Assembly (NCBI GenBank): GCA_000997385.1
Contig: LCBT01000003.1
Coordinates: forward strand, 192,892 to 256,891
Source: Candidatus Daviesbacteria bacterium GW2011_GWA1_41_61
Lineage (GTDB): Bacteria; Patescibacteriota; Microgenomatia; Daviesbacterales; UBA10151
DNA length: 64,000 nucleotides
Reading direction: 5' to 3'
Under the pieces are notes generated by a model. The model ran no database searches. It saw only the letters and a list, made by a program, of their open reading frames with translations, and was not told where the DNA came from. Positions 1 to 10,327 of this stretch are shown piece by piece. Numbering within the stretch: position 1 is the first letter of the stretch; each line of letters opens with the position of its first letter. The translations under genes and the position numbers were made by a program.

Positions 1-694
1 TTCCCTGCTTTTAAGAAGACCGTCCGGACGTGAAGCTTATCCCGGAGACGTTTTTTATCTCCACTCCCGTCTGCTTGAAAGGTCGGCACGGATGTCAGAA
101 GAATATGGCGGAGGGTCTCTCACGGCTTTGCCAATCATTGAAACCCAAGCCGGTGATGTTTCGGCCTATATTCCTACCAACGTTATCTCTATCACTGATG
201 GCCAAATTTATCTTGAATCTGATCTTTTTTACTCGGGAGTGAGACCGGCTTTAAACGTTGGACTTTCTGTTTCCCGAGTAGGCGGAGCAGCCCAAGTTAA
301 GGCCATGAAGTCAGTAGCTGGAAAGTTAAAGCTTGATTTAGCTCAATTTAGAGAATTAGCGGCTTTTGCCCAATTTTCCTCGGACCTGGATGCTTCTACC
401 AAAGCTCAAATAGAAAGAGGAAGAAGAATTACGGAAATTTTGAAGCAGCCTCCATATAATCCAGTACCTGTTGAGCAGCAAATAGCTATTCTTTGGGCAG
501 CGACTCAGGGATATCTTGACTCATTGGCAGTTGAGCAGGTTAAAGAGTTTGAGGAAAAGTTTTTATCAGATCTTAGATTAAACGGGAAAAAACTGTTAGA
601 GGAAATAGTGAGTAAGCGGGAGTTAAATGACGGTTTAACTTCTCTATTAGAAAAGACAGTGAAGAAAGTGTTGGGAGGTTTTATTAAACCCTAA
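1..694 (+). CDS. atpA: F0F1 ATP synthase subunit alpha, C-terminal part (5' end lies outside the window)
   Basis: Translation [33 protein letters not shown]...[30 protein letters not shown] is the conserved C-terminal domain of F1 alpha. The frame is open to the window edge. atpG and atpD follow. Confidence 0.9.
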   Translation, partial: SLLLRRPSGREAYPGDVFYLHSRLLERSARMSEEYGGGSLTALPIIETQAGDVSAYIPTNVISITDGQIYLESDLFYSGVRPALNVGLSVSRVGGAAQVKAMKSVAGKLKLDLAQFRELAAFAQFSSDLDASTKAQIERGRRITEILKQPPYNPVPVEQQIAILWAATQGYLDSLAVEQVKEFEEKFLSDLRLNGKKLLEEIVSKRELNDGLTSLLEKTVKKVLGGFIKP

Positions 695-699
695 CCCCT

Positions 700-1581
700 A
701 TGGCTAGTACCAGAGATTTGCGCAGACGCATCAAGTCTATTAAAAACACCAGCCAAATTACTAAGGCCATGCAGATGGTTTCGGCCATCAAGATGAGAAA
801 GGCTCAAAATCAAGCCCTCTCATCCAGGCCATATACCGAGACTTTTCTTTCTGTCCTTGTCTCCTTATCCGGTAAGGTGAAATCGGAGAACCATCAGCTT
901 TTAAACAGTAATAGTTTGGATAAGGTGGGGGTGATGATTTTATCAACCGATAAGGGCCTTTGCGGGGCCTTAAACACTAACCTTTTCCGTTTCATTCAAA
1001 GCAATGAGCTGTTTTTTGACAAGGATGTAGTTTTTTACACCATAGGTAAAAAAGGACGGGATTTTATTGTCAGGACAGGGAAAAACCTCTATGCTGATTT
1101 TGAAAGTTTGGAACATATTGAGTTCCAAAAAGCTGCCAGTTTGAGAAAGTTATTAATCTCTACTTTTTTAAATGAGGAGGTGGGAGAAGTCTACCTGCTT
1201 TACCCCCATTTTCTTTCTACATTAAGGCAGGAGCCAAGACTGGTTAAGGTTTTACCAATTGATAAGGATTACTTAAATGAGGTACTAAAAGGCCAAGAGA
1301 CTGAAGAGAAAAAATCAATTAGTGGGGAAATTCTCTTTGAACCTACTCCCGATCAAGTTCTTGATTTTGCTTTAACCCATTTTATTGATACCCAAATTTA
1401 CCAGGCCTTGTTGGAGATGAGAGCTTCGGAACATTCAGCCAGAATGATGGCTATGCAAAATGCCACAGATAATGCTAAAGAGCTGGTGGTAGATTTACAG
1501 TTAACCTATAATCAGATGCGCCAGGATGCTATCACCAAAGAGCTGTTGGAGATAACATCGGCGGCAGCTGCGCTGGAGTGA
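700..1581 (+). CDS. atpG: F0F1 ATP synthase subunit gamma
   Basis: N-terminus MASTRDLRRRIKSIKNTSQITKAMQMVSAIKMRKAQ and C-terminus TYNQMRQDAITKELLEI are hallmark gamma-subunit termini. Positioned between atpA and atpD. Confidence 0.9.
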   Translation: MASTRDLRRRIKSIKNTSQITKAMQMVSAIKMRKAQNQALSSRPYTETFLSVLVSLSGKVKSENHQLLNSNSLDKVGVMILSTDKGLCGALNTNLFRFIQSNELFFDKDVVFYTIGKKGRDFIVRTGKNLYADFESLEHIEFQKAASLRKLLISTFLNEEVGEVYLLYPHFLSTLRQEPRLVKVLPIDKDYLNEVLKGQETEEKKSISGEILFEPTPDQVLDFALTHFIDTQIYQALLEMRASEHSARMMAMQNATDNAKELVVDLQLTYNQMRQDAITKELLEITSAAAALE

Positions 1582-1592
1582 AGAAAAGGTGA

Positions 1593-3032
<1,440 letters not shown>

Positions 3033-3052
3033 TAAGTCCCATTGATAAATAT

Positions 3053-3475
3053 ATGGAAAGAGATCTGCATTCGGGTAATATAGAGGTAGCAGCCCATAGA
3101 GAAGGCAATCTTTGTTGTGGAAATGGTTGTCCTTTGGATGCTGTTTATGATGAGGTGAAAAAAGTGGAAGCAGCTCGTAAGGTTATCTCCTGGGATGACC
3201 TTAAAGAAATTTGTAGAAGGTATGGTTTAAAAGAGGCTAATGACTTTTATGGAATGGAATTAAAAGAATGGATGCTTGAGATGGTTGATAAATCACTTTT
3301 TACAGCTGATTGCCAGCAGGGAGCACTTAAAAGTACCCCTTATACCCGTTGCGGTAGTTTGATGGCAAGGAAGATGGATTATCAATTAACAACGATTATA
3401 GAACATCGGGTTAGAGAGAGTATTCGCCACAACTGGAGAAAGATAAATTCTCCGGGAAACTTTACTAACCAGTAG
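3053..3475 (+). CDS. Hypothetical Cys-rich protein occupying the position normally held by atpC
   Basis: 140-aa ORF directly after atpD. Multiple Cys (CCGNGC, ICRRY, ADCQQ, TRCGS). No recognisable family. Weak RBS. Confidence 0.35.
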   Translation: MERDLHSGNIEVAAHREGNLCCGNGCPLDAVYDEVKKVEAARKVISWDDLKEICRRYGLKEANDFYGMELKEWMLEMVDKSLFTADCQQGALKSTPYTRCGSLMARKMDYQLTTIIEHRVRESIRHNWRKINSPGNFTNQ

Positions 3476-3502
3476 TGTTGGATATCAAAAATCCTATAGG
3501 AT

Positions 3503-3531
3503 TTGACTTTACATTTCCTTTATGATATACT
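3503..3531 (+). promoter_or_regulatory. Sigma70-like promoter (TTGACT-17 nt-TATACT) upstream of the DEAD-box helicase
   Basis: Near-consensus -35 TTGACT at 3503-3508 and -10 TATACT at 3526-3531, with a 17-nt spacer. About 180 nt of leader precedes the CDS. Confidence 0.45.
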
Positions 3532-3690
3532 AGATTTTAGTTGAATTAGAATTTGAGCTATACGACAATTCTTCCCTTCAAATTACTGCAAGTTTTACGC
3601 GGAATGCTAAAAAGTTAGCGGGATTATATTTTTGATAGTAGCTCCTAAGATTTTTTAGCACTTCTTTTTCACTAATTTTTATATATGTTT

Positions 3691-3722
3691 CTTCTTCATC
3701 CTCTTAAGTTAGGATGAAGAAG
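3691..3722 (+). promoter_or_regulatory. Perfect 11-bp inverted repeat (cttcttcatcc/ggatgaagaag) forming a hairpin that contains the first ATG of the helicase ORF
   Basis: Seen directly in sequence: arms 3691-3701 and 3712-3722, loop of 10 nt. The ATG at 3714 lies inside the 3' arm. A second ATG at 3732 has an RBS-like gaagaagga upstream. Confidence 0.4.
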
Positions 3723-5021
3723 GATCTAGTTATGTATCAAAAATCAAGAAATTTTCGAAACAGTTCTTTTAACAGGCCATCTAACGGTGGGCATTTTCAT
3801 GGTCCTCAAAAATTTTCCAGTAATCGCCGGAATTTTCGTTTTAATAATCCCGGAAGACACAATGAATCTAAATTGTTAGGGAAAGATGAAAGGATGTTTA
3901 TATCTAAACCTCAAGAACTCTCCCCAATGGAAGATTTTGTTCCCCAACATAAGTTTGCCGATTTTCCTATTGCTGAAGTTTTAAAGCAAAATATTGCCTA
4001 CCGTGGTTATACCCAACCTACTCCCATACAAGACCAAGCTATCGAACCTATTTTACAGGGACGGGATTTAATCGGTTTAGCCGACACCGGTACCGGTAAA
4101 ACAGCCGCCTTTTTAATTCCTTTAATTAATAAAATTTACCAAGACCGCTCAAAAAAAGCTTTAATTATAGTTCCTACCCGTGAGTTAGCCCTGCAAATTG
4201 ACGATGAATTTTATGCTTTTACAAAAGATATGAATGTTTATTCTACCTTGATTATTGGCGGTAAAAATATCAACCGCCAGATTAAGGATTTGAGGCGCAA
4301 CCCACATGTAGTGATAGGAACACCGGGAAGATTAAAAGATTTAGTTCAAAAAAGAGTCCTGTTTTTAGAGGATTCTACAACTATTGTTTTAGATGAAGTT
4401 GATTTAATGGTTGATATTGGTTTTATTAATGATGTTAAGTATTTTATTTCACTACTGCCAAGGGAACGCCAATCACTGTTTTTTTCAGCCACTATTTCAC
4501 CCAAAATTCAGGAAATATTAAGAAATTTTGTGACCAATCCGGTGACAGTTTCTATAAAACGTCAAGAATCAGCACACAATATTGACCAGGATGTGGTAAG
4601 GGTAAGAAGTAATGACAAAAAAATAGATCTACTTCATGATCTTTTGACTCGGGATGGTTTTGATAAGGTGTTAGTTTTTGGCAAGACCAAGCATGGTGTG
4701 GAAAAATTAAATAAAGAATTAGAGTTTAGAGGTTTTAGAGTGGGAGCTATTCATGGCAATAAAAAACAGGGACAAAGACAAAGAACTTTAGAAAGTTTTA
4801 AAAGAAATGAAATCCAAATACTTTTAGCTACAGATGTAGCTTCCAGAGGTTTAGATATTAATAATGTTACCCATGTTATTAATTATGATTTACCGGATAC
4901 TTATGAGGATTATATTCATCGGATTGGCAGAACCGGTAGAGCTGATAAAAAAGGTACTGCTTTAACTTTCATAGAACAATCAAGCTATCAACAGTATTCT
5001 AATAACGGGCGTTTAAGTTAA
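3714..5021 (+). CDS. DEAD-box ATP-dependent RNA helicase with an N-terminal R/N/F-rich extension (alternative start at 3732)
   Basis: Q-motif and motif I (GLADTGTGKTAAF), PTRELA, DEVD (DEAD variant), SAT, and HRIGRTGRA motif VI. Confidence 0.9.
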   Translation: MKKDLVMYQKSRNFRNSSFNRPSNGGHFHGPQKFSSNRRNFRFNNPGRHNESKLLGKDERMFISKPQELSPMEDFVPQHKFADFPIAEVLKQNIAYRGYTQPTPIQDQAIEPILQGRDLIGLADTGTGKTAAFLIPLINKIYQDRSKKALIIVPTRELALQIDDEFYAFTKDMNVYSTLIIGGKNINRQIKDLRRNPHVVIGTPGRLKDLVQKRVLFLEDSTTIVLDEVDLMVDIGFINDVKYFISLLPRERQSLFFSATISPKIQEILRNFVTNPVTVSIKRQESAHNIDQDVVRVRSNDKKIDLLHDLLTRDGFDKVLVFGKTKHGVEKLNKELEFRGFRVGAIHGNKKQGQRQRTLESFKRNEIQILLATDVASRGLDINNVTHVINYDLPDTYEDYIHRIGRTGRADKKGTALTFIEQSSYQQYSNNGRLS

Positions 5022-6789
5022 TTTTTCTGATCCTGATATTTTTGGGCGTTACTTCCACCAACTCACTGTCATCAATATATTCCAAGGCATTTTCTAAACT
5101 GACAACTTTGGGAGTGTTAAAGTGTTCAGAGACTCCTTCACCGGCAGACCGGTGGTTAGTTAATTGTTTTTCTTTACAGACATTGACTCTAATATCATCA
5201 GCCCGGGAATTTTGACCGATTACTTGCCCCGAGTAAACAGGAATTGCCGGACCAATAAATAACTCCCCCCTATCCTGAGCAGAAATTAGACCATAAAGTT
5301 TAGTTACACCGTTTTCATGGGCTATTAGTGACCCTCTGTCTCTAAGATATATATTACCAGGATCTTTTCTATATTCTAAAAACGAAGTGTTAATTATACC
5401 TAAGCCATGAGTATCAGAGACAAACTCACTTCTATAACCTAAAAGCTCTTTGGTAGCAATAATAAACTCCATAATTACAATTCCTTCTTCAGTGTTCATA
5501 TCTTGCAGCTGGCCATGGCGAAGCCCCATTTTTTGCATGACTACTCCTGAGTATTCTTCAGGTACTTCTAGATAAACCGTTTCATAAGGTGTAAAGATGT
5601 CTTCTTCTGTTTTCTTTTCAATAACTTGTGGTCTGGAAACTTGGAATTCGAATCCCTCCCGTCTCATTCTTTCAATTAATATAGCCAAGTGCAGCTCTCC
5701 CCGACCAGAGACTATCCAGCTTCCATTCAAATCTTCCACTCTTAAAGCAACATCAGTTTCTAACTCTTTATACAGCCTTTCCTGAATCTGTCTGGAGGTT
5801 TTAAATTCACCCTCACGCCCGGCAAAGGGAGAGGTATTAACGCTAAAAGTCATCCTAACGGTGGGTTCTTCAATATCCAAAAGCGGTAATCTTTGAGGGT
5901 TAGAAACATCAGCGATTGTTTCACCGATAGTAATTTCAGGGATTCCTGAAATGGCCACGATATCTCCTGCTTGGGCTTCTTTGCTATCCACTCTTTGAAG
6001 TCCCTGAAAAGTCATCAGGGAGGTTAAACGGTATTTTTTTATCTCCCCAGCTCTATTTATATGCATAATATCTTGTCCTGTTTTTAATTGGCCGTTTATG
6101 ATCCTGCCTGCAGCAATTCTACCTTTAAAATTATCCCCACTGATGGAAGTTACTAACATCTGTAAAGGTTGGTTGCAGTTTCCCAAAGGTGCTGGAATAA
6201 TTTCCAAGATAGCATCAAAAATAGGAGTTATATCTGTCATCTTTTGAAGGTCCGGTTCCAGTCCTGCTTTACCAAGTTTGCTGGAACAATAGATGACAGG
6301 AAAATAGGCTGACTGCTCATCTGCCCCAAGTTCTAAAAACAGGTCAAAGGTTTTATTGATAACATGTTGGATTCTAACATCTGGTTTGTCAATCTTGTTA
6401 ATAACCACAATGATCTTATGTCCTAACTGTAAAGCTCTTTTTAAAACAAATTTGGTTTGAGGCATTGGGCCTTCTTTGGCATCAACCAACAGTAAACAAC
6501 CATCTGCCATTTTTAAGACCCTTTCTACTTCTCCGCCAAAATCGGCATGGCCTGGAGTATCAATAATGTTGATTTTGGTGCCGTTCCAGTCAACAGAAGC
6601 ATTTTTGGAAAATATGGTAATTCCCCTTTCTTTTTCCAAGTCATTACTATCCATAATAAGGGTACTTTCTTCACTAAATTCTTTACCCAGTTTAGTCTTG
6701 GATTGGCGAAGCAAGGCATCCACCAAAGTGGTTTTACCATGATCAACGTGAGCAATAATCGCTACATTCCTAATATTATTTTCTGACAT
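4999..6789 (-). CDS. typA: Translational GTPase TypA/BipA (start taken at MSENNIRN, 8 codons inside the longest ORF)
   Basis: NIRNVAIIAHVDHGKTTLVDALL G1 motif, DTPGHADF. EF-G-like domain architecture over ~596 aa. Confidence 0.9.
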   Translation of the reverse strand: MSENNIRNVAIIAHVDHGKTTLVDALLRQSKTKLGKEFSEESTLIMDSNDLEKERGITIFSKNASVDWNGTKINIIDTPGHADFGGEVERVLKMADGCLLLVDAKEGPMPQTKFVLKRALQLGHKIIVVINKIDKPDVRIQHVINKTFDLFLELGADEQSAYFPVIYCSSKLGKAGLEPDLQKMTDITPIFDAILEIIPAPLGNCNQPLQMLVTSISGDNFKGRIAAGRIINGQLKTGQDIMHINRAGEIKKYRLTSLMTFQGLQRVDSKEAQAGDIVAISGIPEITIGETIADVSNPQRLPLLDIEEPTVRMTFSVNTSPFAGREGEFKTSRQIQERLYKELETDVALRVEDLNGSWIVSGRGELHLAILIERMRREGFEFQVSRPQVIEKKTEEDIFTPYETVYLEVPEEYSGVVMQKMGLRHGQLQDMNTEEGIVIMEFIIATKELLGYRSEFVSDTHGLGIINTSFLEYRKDPGNIYLRDRGSLIAHENGVTKLYGLISAQDRGELFIGPAIPVYSGQVIGQNSRADDIRVNVCKEKQLTNHRSAGEGVSEHFNTPKVVSLENALEYIDDSELVEVTPKNIRIRKINLNARY

Positions 6790-6810
6790 ATATTGTATTT
6801 CTCTAAAGCA

Positions 6811-6831
6811 CAAAAAAACCGCTTTTGCGGT
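6811..6831 (-). terminator. Hairpin (ACCGC-AAAA-GCGGT) followed by a U7 tract on the minus strand, between the CA-like gene and the typA start
   Basis: Seen in sequence. Could be an intrinsic terminator or an attenuator, as it sits only ~22 nt upstream of the typA start. Confidence 0.35.
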
Positions 6832-6888
6832 CTTAAAATGATACCATTTTCAGCTTAAAATAACAAATCTATATCGGAGATTAAACAG

Positions 6889-7253
6889 TTAAGAGGTTTT
6901 TTCAAAGGTTCCATCAAGGTGGAGGTAATAAGTTTCTACTTCTAGATCTGGGAATTGTTCTTTGATTTTTGAGGCAGCATTTTGAAGATCTTCTTGATGT
7001 CTTTCATGAGTTCCTTCCTCCCCATAGGCTCCACAATCTTCATGGTTGATAAAGAGAACCCTTCGAATATGGTGCAAACGGTGGGAAATCTCTATTTGCT
7101 TTAAAATACTTCCTGGTCTTTAATTCCCCCAGCCCAAGCTACCCTATCATAAGTTCTGGGTTGAAAGTTTTCATCTACCCACTTATTAATAAAGGGTTGA
7201 AACCTAAAATCAATACAGGTAATTATAGTTGCATCAGGGCTATGGTCCGACAT
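6889..7253 (-). pseudogene. Beta-class carbonic-anhydrase-like gene split by a +1/-1 frameshift near 7101-7120
   Basis: N-terminal piece MSDHSPDATIITCIDFRFQPF...AWAGGIKDQEVF* carries the C-x-D-x-R motif. C-terminal piece (TTG ORF 6889-7077) carries HEDCGAYG (H-x-x-C-G). The two pieces lie in adjacent frames, with an a-run at the junction. Confidence 0.5.
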
Positions 7254-7288
7254 AACTTATTGATATTACAATAAAAAGTATCTTTTTC

Positions 7289-8935
7289 TCAAGATCTTCT
7301 AGAAACTATTGGTCTATTTTCATACATTGGCACAATTTTACCTTCAAAAACCCTCGGTCCGATAACTTTATCGTAGTAATCATCAGCTGCTTTTAAGACT
7401 TGTTTGATTTCAAAATCATGTGGGTTCCACCTCTCAATAGCATCATGTCTTAACGATTTTCCCAGATCTTCCTGTCCTTTTCTTGGGTATTCACCTTTTA
7501 GGTAACCAAATCGAAGATATGCCTTCTTGCCAGTATCTTGATCTACAGAGATCATACCACGAGAAAGCATAATATAAGCTCCAACCACAGCTTCCAGTCC
7601 AAAAGGATTAAATCCTATATTGAAGTTTTCTTTGTTAAAATTATATTCTGATAAAGCAGTAGCTGGCATAAATTGTAACCCTAAGGCTCCGGCTCTGATG
7701 TCTCCTTCCCCTGCTATAGAACCCGGAACTCGGTGTTCATTATATTGGAGCATAATGTATTCCCCTGGTCCGGTTTGGATTTTTGTGTCTTTGGAAATTA
7801 TTCCTATAATTTCTGTTAGGCTGGCTTCTTGTTTAACTCTCTCAGCTGCTTGTTTTTCAGTTTCTTTTTCAACATTAGTTTTTAGCTGCGGTTTAGCAGC
7901 TACATGACCGATATGAGCAAAACCCTTGCGTTGATATTTTTTGATTATTTTTCCAGAATTATCTTTATCAGGAGGAATTTTAGGATCAGTTTCCTGACAA
8001 ACTAGCTCTGCCATTCCCCCTGGATTCATTAATATATCGTCGACGCTTAAGTTATCTAATTTAGCTTCCAATTCAGGAGTTAAATCACCTTTTTCTTTCA
8101 AAAGGTATAAATCTGGTCTCATAAATCTTAAAAATTTATCACCTTTCTCTGCCTTTAATTTAAACAGTAACTCCCTTGTTTGAAAGTAGGCATCAGTACA
8201 GATAGCTAAGACTTCTGGATGAATTCCTTCACTAAAATCCTCTTTTATTCTGCTTTTAGCCCAAGTAATTTCTTCTTCTGTTATCTTCCTAAGTCCACTA
8301 TTACCTTCTTGTCTAAGCTTAAATCGTTCTTTCAGAAGCTGGATTCTTAACTTGTAATCTCCTATTACCATAAATCCTCGGTCTATTCTTTCTAACTTCT
8401 TTTTAGGATCACTGTCAGGTGCTAAGCATCTATCTATATATTCTTTTTCCTTTGTTTGTCTTTTAGAGAGTTTAAATTCTTTGTCTGGTTTAGGTTCCGG
8501 ATAATCAATAGGTTGAGCTAATATCTCATTAAGTAATTTGTAATCTTCAATTAGATATTCCGCTATTTTAGGTGCTTCAGGAGCTTGAGGAACCTCTGGG
8601 TTATGTATTAGACCCTGGTCCAGATTATTCTCTGTTTTTTGAGAACTGTTGCCAGCTAATATATTGAACATATCTTCCCCCTTCCAAATCCTTAAGCCTA
8701 ACGCTGCCAAACCAACCCCACCTAGTGTTACTACCGCTCTCCGGGAAATTTTTCTTGTAGCAAGATTTGCCATATTTTTAGGTTTTCTCTCTGAGTTTGG
8801 GATTCCCTCTTGTTCCAGTATTCTTAACTTATCTTGATGTAGTCTTTCCAATAAAGTTTTTTTGGTTAGAGGAGCGGTGTAGGGGTTATCATCTGCTTTA
8901 GGTAGCGCGTTTTCCCCTTCAGTTATATCATCCAT
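7289..8935 (-). CDS. Membrane-anchored lytic murein transglycosylase (MltB/SLT-like). A possible Tat-type signal (SRRAVVTLGG) gives an alternative start at 8773
   Basis: C-terminal domain has GALGLQFMPATA, the lysozyme-like SLT motif. Hydrophobic anchor VTLGGVGLAALGL. Confidence 0.7.
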   Translation of the reverse strand: MDDITEGENALPKADDNPYTAPLTKKTLLERLHQDKLRILEQEGIPNSERKPKNMANLATRKISRRAVVTLGGVGLAALGLRIWKGEDMFNILAGNSSQKTENNLDQGLIHNPEVPQAPEAPKIAEYLIEDYKLLNEILAQPIDYPEPKPDKEFKLSKRQTKEKEYIDRCLAPDSDPKKKLERIDRGFMVIGDYKLRIQLLKERFKLRQEGNSGLRKITEEEITWAKSRIKEDFSEGIHPEVLAICTDAYFQTRELLFKLKAEKGDKFLRFMRPDLYLLKEKGDLTPELEAKLDNLSVDDILMNPGGMAELVCQETDPKIPPDKDNSGKIIKKYQRKGFAHIGHVAAKPQLKTNVEKETEKQAAERVKQEASLTEIIGIISKDTKIQTGPGEYIMLQYNEHRVPGSIAGEGDIRAGALGLQFMPATALSEYNFNKENFNIGFNPFGLEAVVGAYIMLSRGMISVDQDTGKKAYLRFGYLKGEYPRKGQEDLGKSLRHDAIERWNPHDFEIKQVLKAADDYYDKVIGPRVFEGKIVPMYENRPIVSRRS

Positions 8936-8982
8936 ATTTAGCCTTGAAAGTTATCTATAAAAAGCATAGAATTATTTGTCCG

Positions 8983-9393
8983 ATGAGTCAACTACATTTA
9001 AAAATTGTTACCCCGGAAAAAGAGATTTATGATGGTGATGTGGATATGGTAACTGTAACAACTCCAGATGGAGAGATAGGCCTGCTTCCTCACCATGTAA
9101 ATTTAATGACTCAAATTATTCCTGGGGAGCTAAGGATTAAAATTGGCGATAAGGTTAGTTATATGGTTACGGGTTCAGGACTGTTGCAGATGGTTAATAA
9201 TACCTTGATTATTGCTACCGATCTGGCAGAAAAACCAGAAGAGATTGATGAAAAAGCTGTGGAGGAAGCTAAAAAGAGGGCTGAGGCAGCCTTGGAACAA
9301 ACATTAACTGATGAAGAATATGCTGTCTCCCTGGCAACTGTAGAAAAGGCTTTAGCTCAACTGAAGGTCAAAAGAAGACACCACATTCACTAG
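8983..9393 (+). CDS. atpC: F0F1 ATP synthase subunit epsilon (longest ORF starts with TTG at 8944)
   Basis: [43 protein letters not shown] is the canonical epsilon beta-sandwich N-terminus. C-terminal helical hairpin present. Confidence 0.85.
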   Translation: MSQLHLKIVTPEKEIYDGDVDMVTVTTPDGEIGLLPHHVNLMTQIIPGELRIKIGDKVSYMVTGSGLLQMVNNTLIIATDLAEKPEEIDEKAVEEAKKRAEAALEQTLTDEEYAVSLATVEKALAQLKVKRRHHIH

Positions 9394-9740
9394 TCTGAAA
9401 AGAGAGCCCGGAATCTTTCTCTTACCTCTGGCCGTTGTCTTAATTTTCTGAGAGCCTCAGCTTCAATTTGTCTGGCTCTTTCCCTGGTAACGCCTAAGGC
9501 CTTTCCTGTATCTTTTAGAGTATGTACATATCCCTGATCAGAAAGTCCAAACCTTAATTCTATAACCTGTCTTTCCCGGGGTTCTAAGATATTCAGTAGA
9601 TCTTCGGTTTCGCTACCGGAAGCATTATCTATGGCCATCGCTTCCACATTTTCCTGGGGATCAGATAAGAACATTTCTATTGTATCTGGCTCGGGAGCAT
9701 TCAGCTTTTCCTTGACCTTGTTCTCATACGTATTCTCCAA
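9390..9740 (-). pseudogene. Sigma-70 family fragment containing only region 3.2/region 4
   Basis: [12 protein letters not shown]...[28 protein letters not shown] is the region-4 HTH. No regions 1-3 upstream, where an in-frame stop follows immediately. TTG start. Confidence 0.6.
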
Positions 9741-9856
9741 CCCGCATCCAAGCTGGAGTCATTAGAACTCCTTTCGGAACTCTTTGGCATCAGGCATCAA
9801 AGAGCTAACTTTTACCGGAATATTGCTGCTACCTGTTCCATGAAAAAGGAGATTGA

Positions 9857-10135
9857 GAAAAAGCCTTCAGGATTGCCAAGAGCGATCTAAAGATACGGCC
9901 AATTTACCATTTCAGAAAACAAACAATTGAAGCACATATCCTCATCTGTTTCATGGCACTTGCCGTGTGTGAGTACATGGAATTAAAAACTGGAAAATCA
10001 AGCAAAGCAATTATTAAATTGCTGAAGCAGATTACTGACGCAAGGATTCTCAATACCCTGACTAATGATGAGATCATTATCCGGTCTGACCTAACAGCAG
10101 AAATCCGGCAATTGTTGAAAACTTTATCACTGTAG
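9857..10135 (+). mobile_element. C-terminal remnant of an IS4/IS1634-like DDE transposase (no N-terminal catalytic part present)
   Basis: Open frame EKAFRIAKSDLKIRPIYHFRKQTIEAHILICFMALAV... matches the conserved F-x-LKS-L-RP-YH / E-HI-ICF-AL C-terminal signature of this transposase group. No DDE core upstream. Confidence 0.55.
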
Positions 10136-10327
10136 CACTAATCTGGACAAGTCAGGAGAAGAATTTCTGAAGAAACAAGGTGTTCAAATTAGGGAAAAAC
10201 ATGATTTTGCATCTTTCTTCAGAGATAATCCTGACGCAGAAGCATTCTATTCTGGCCCCAATGTTTTTAGAGATTCAACTATAGTTGTCCAAAGTGCTTC
10301 TGATGGTGCTAAGAGTATGAAATAATG

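Noticed and set aside
30-242. 70-aa plus-strand ORF at the window start
   Set aside because: Lies entirely inside and out of frame with the atpA coding region. No support.
8944-8982. TTG-initiated 13-codon N-terminal extension of atpC (MKVIYKKHRIICP)
   Set aside because: Epsilon subunits begin at the MSxLxLxIVTPE motif, and an ATG is present there. The extension is probably not translated, though this is not excluded.
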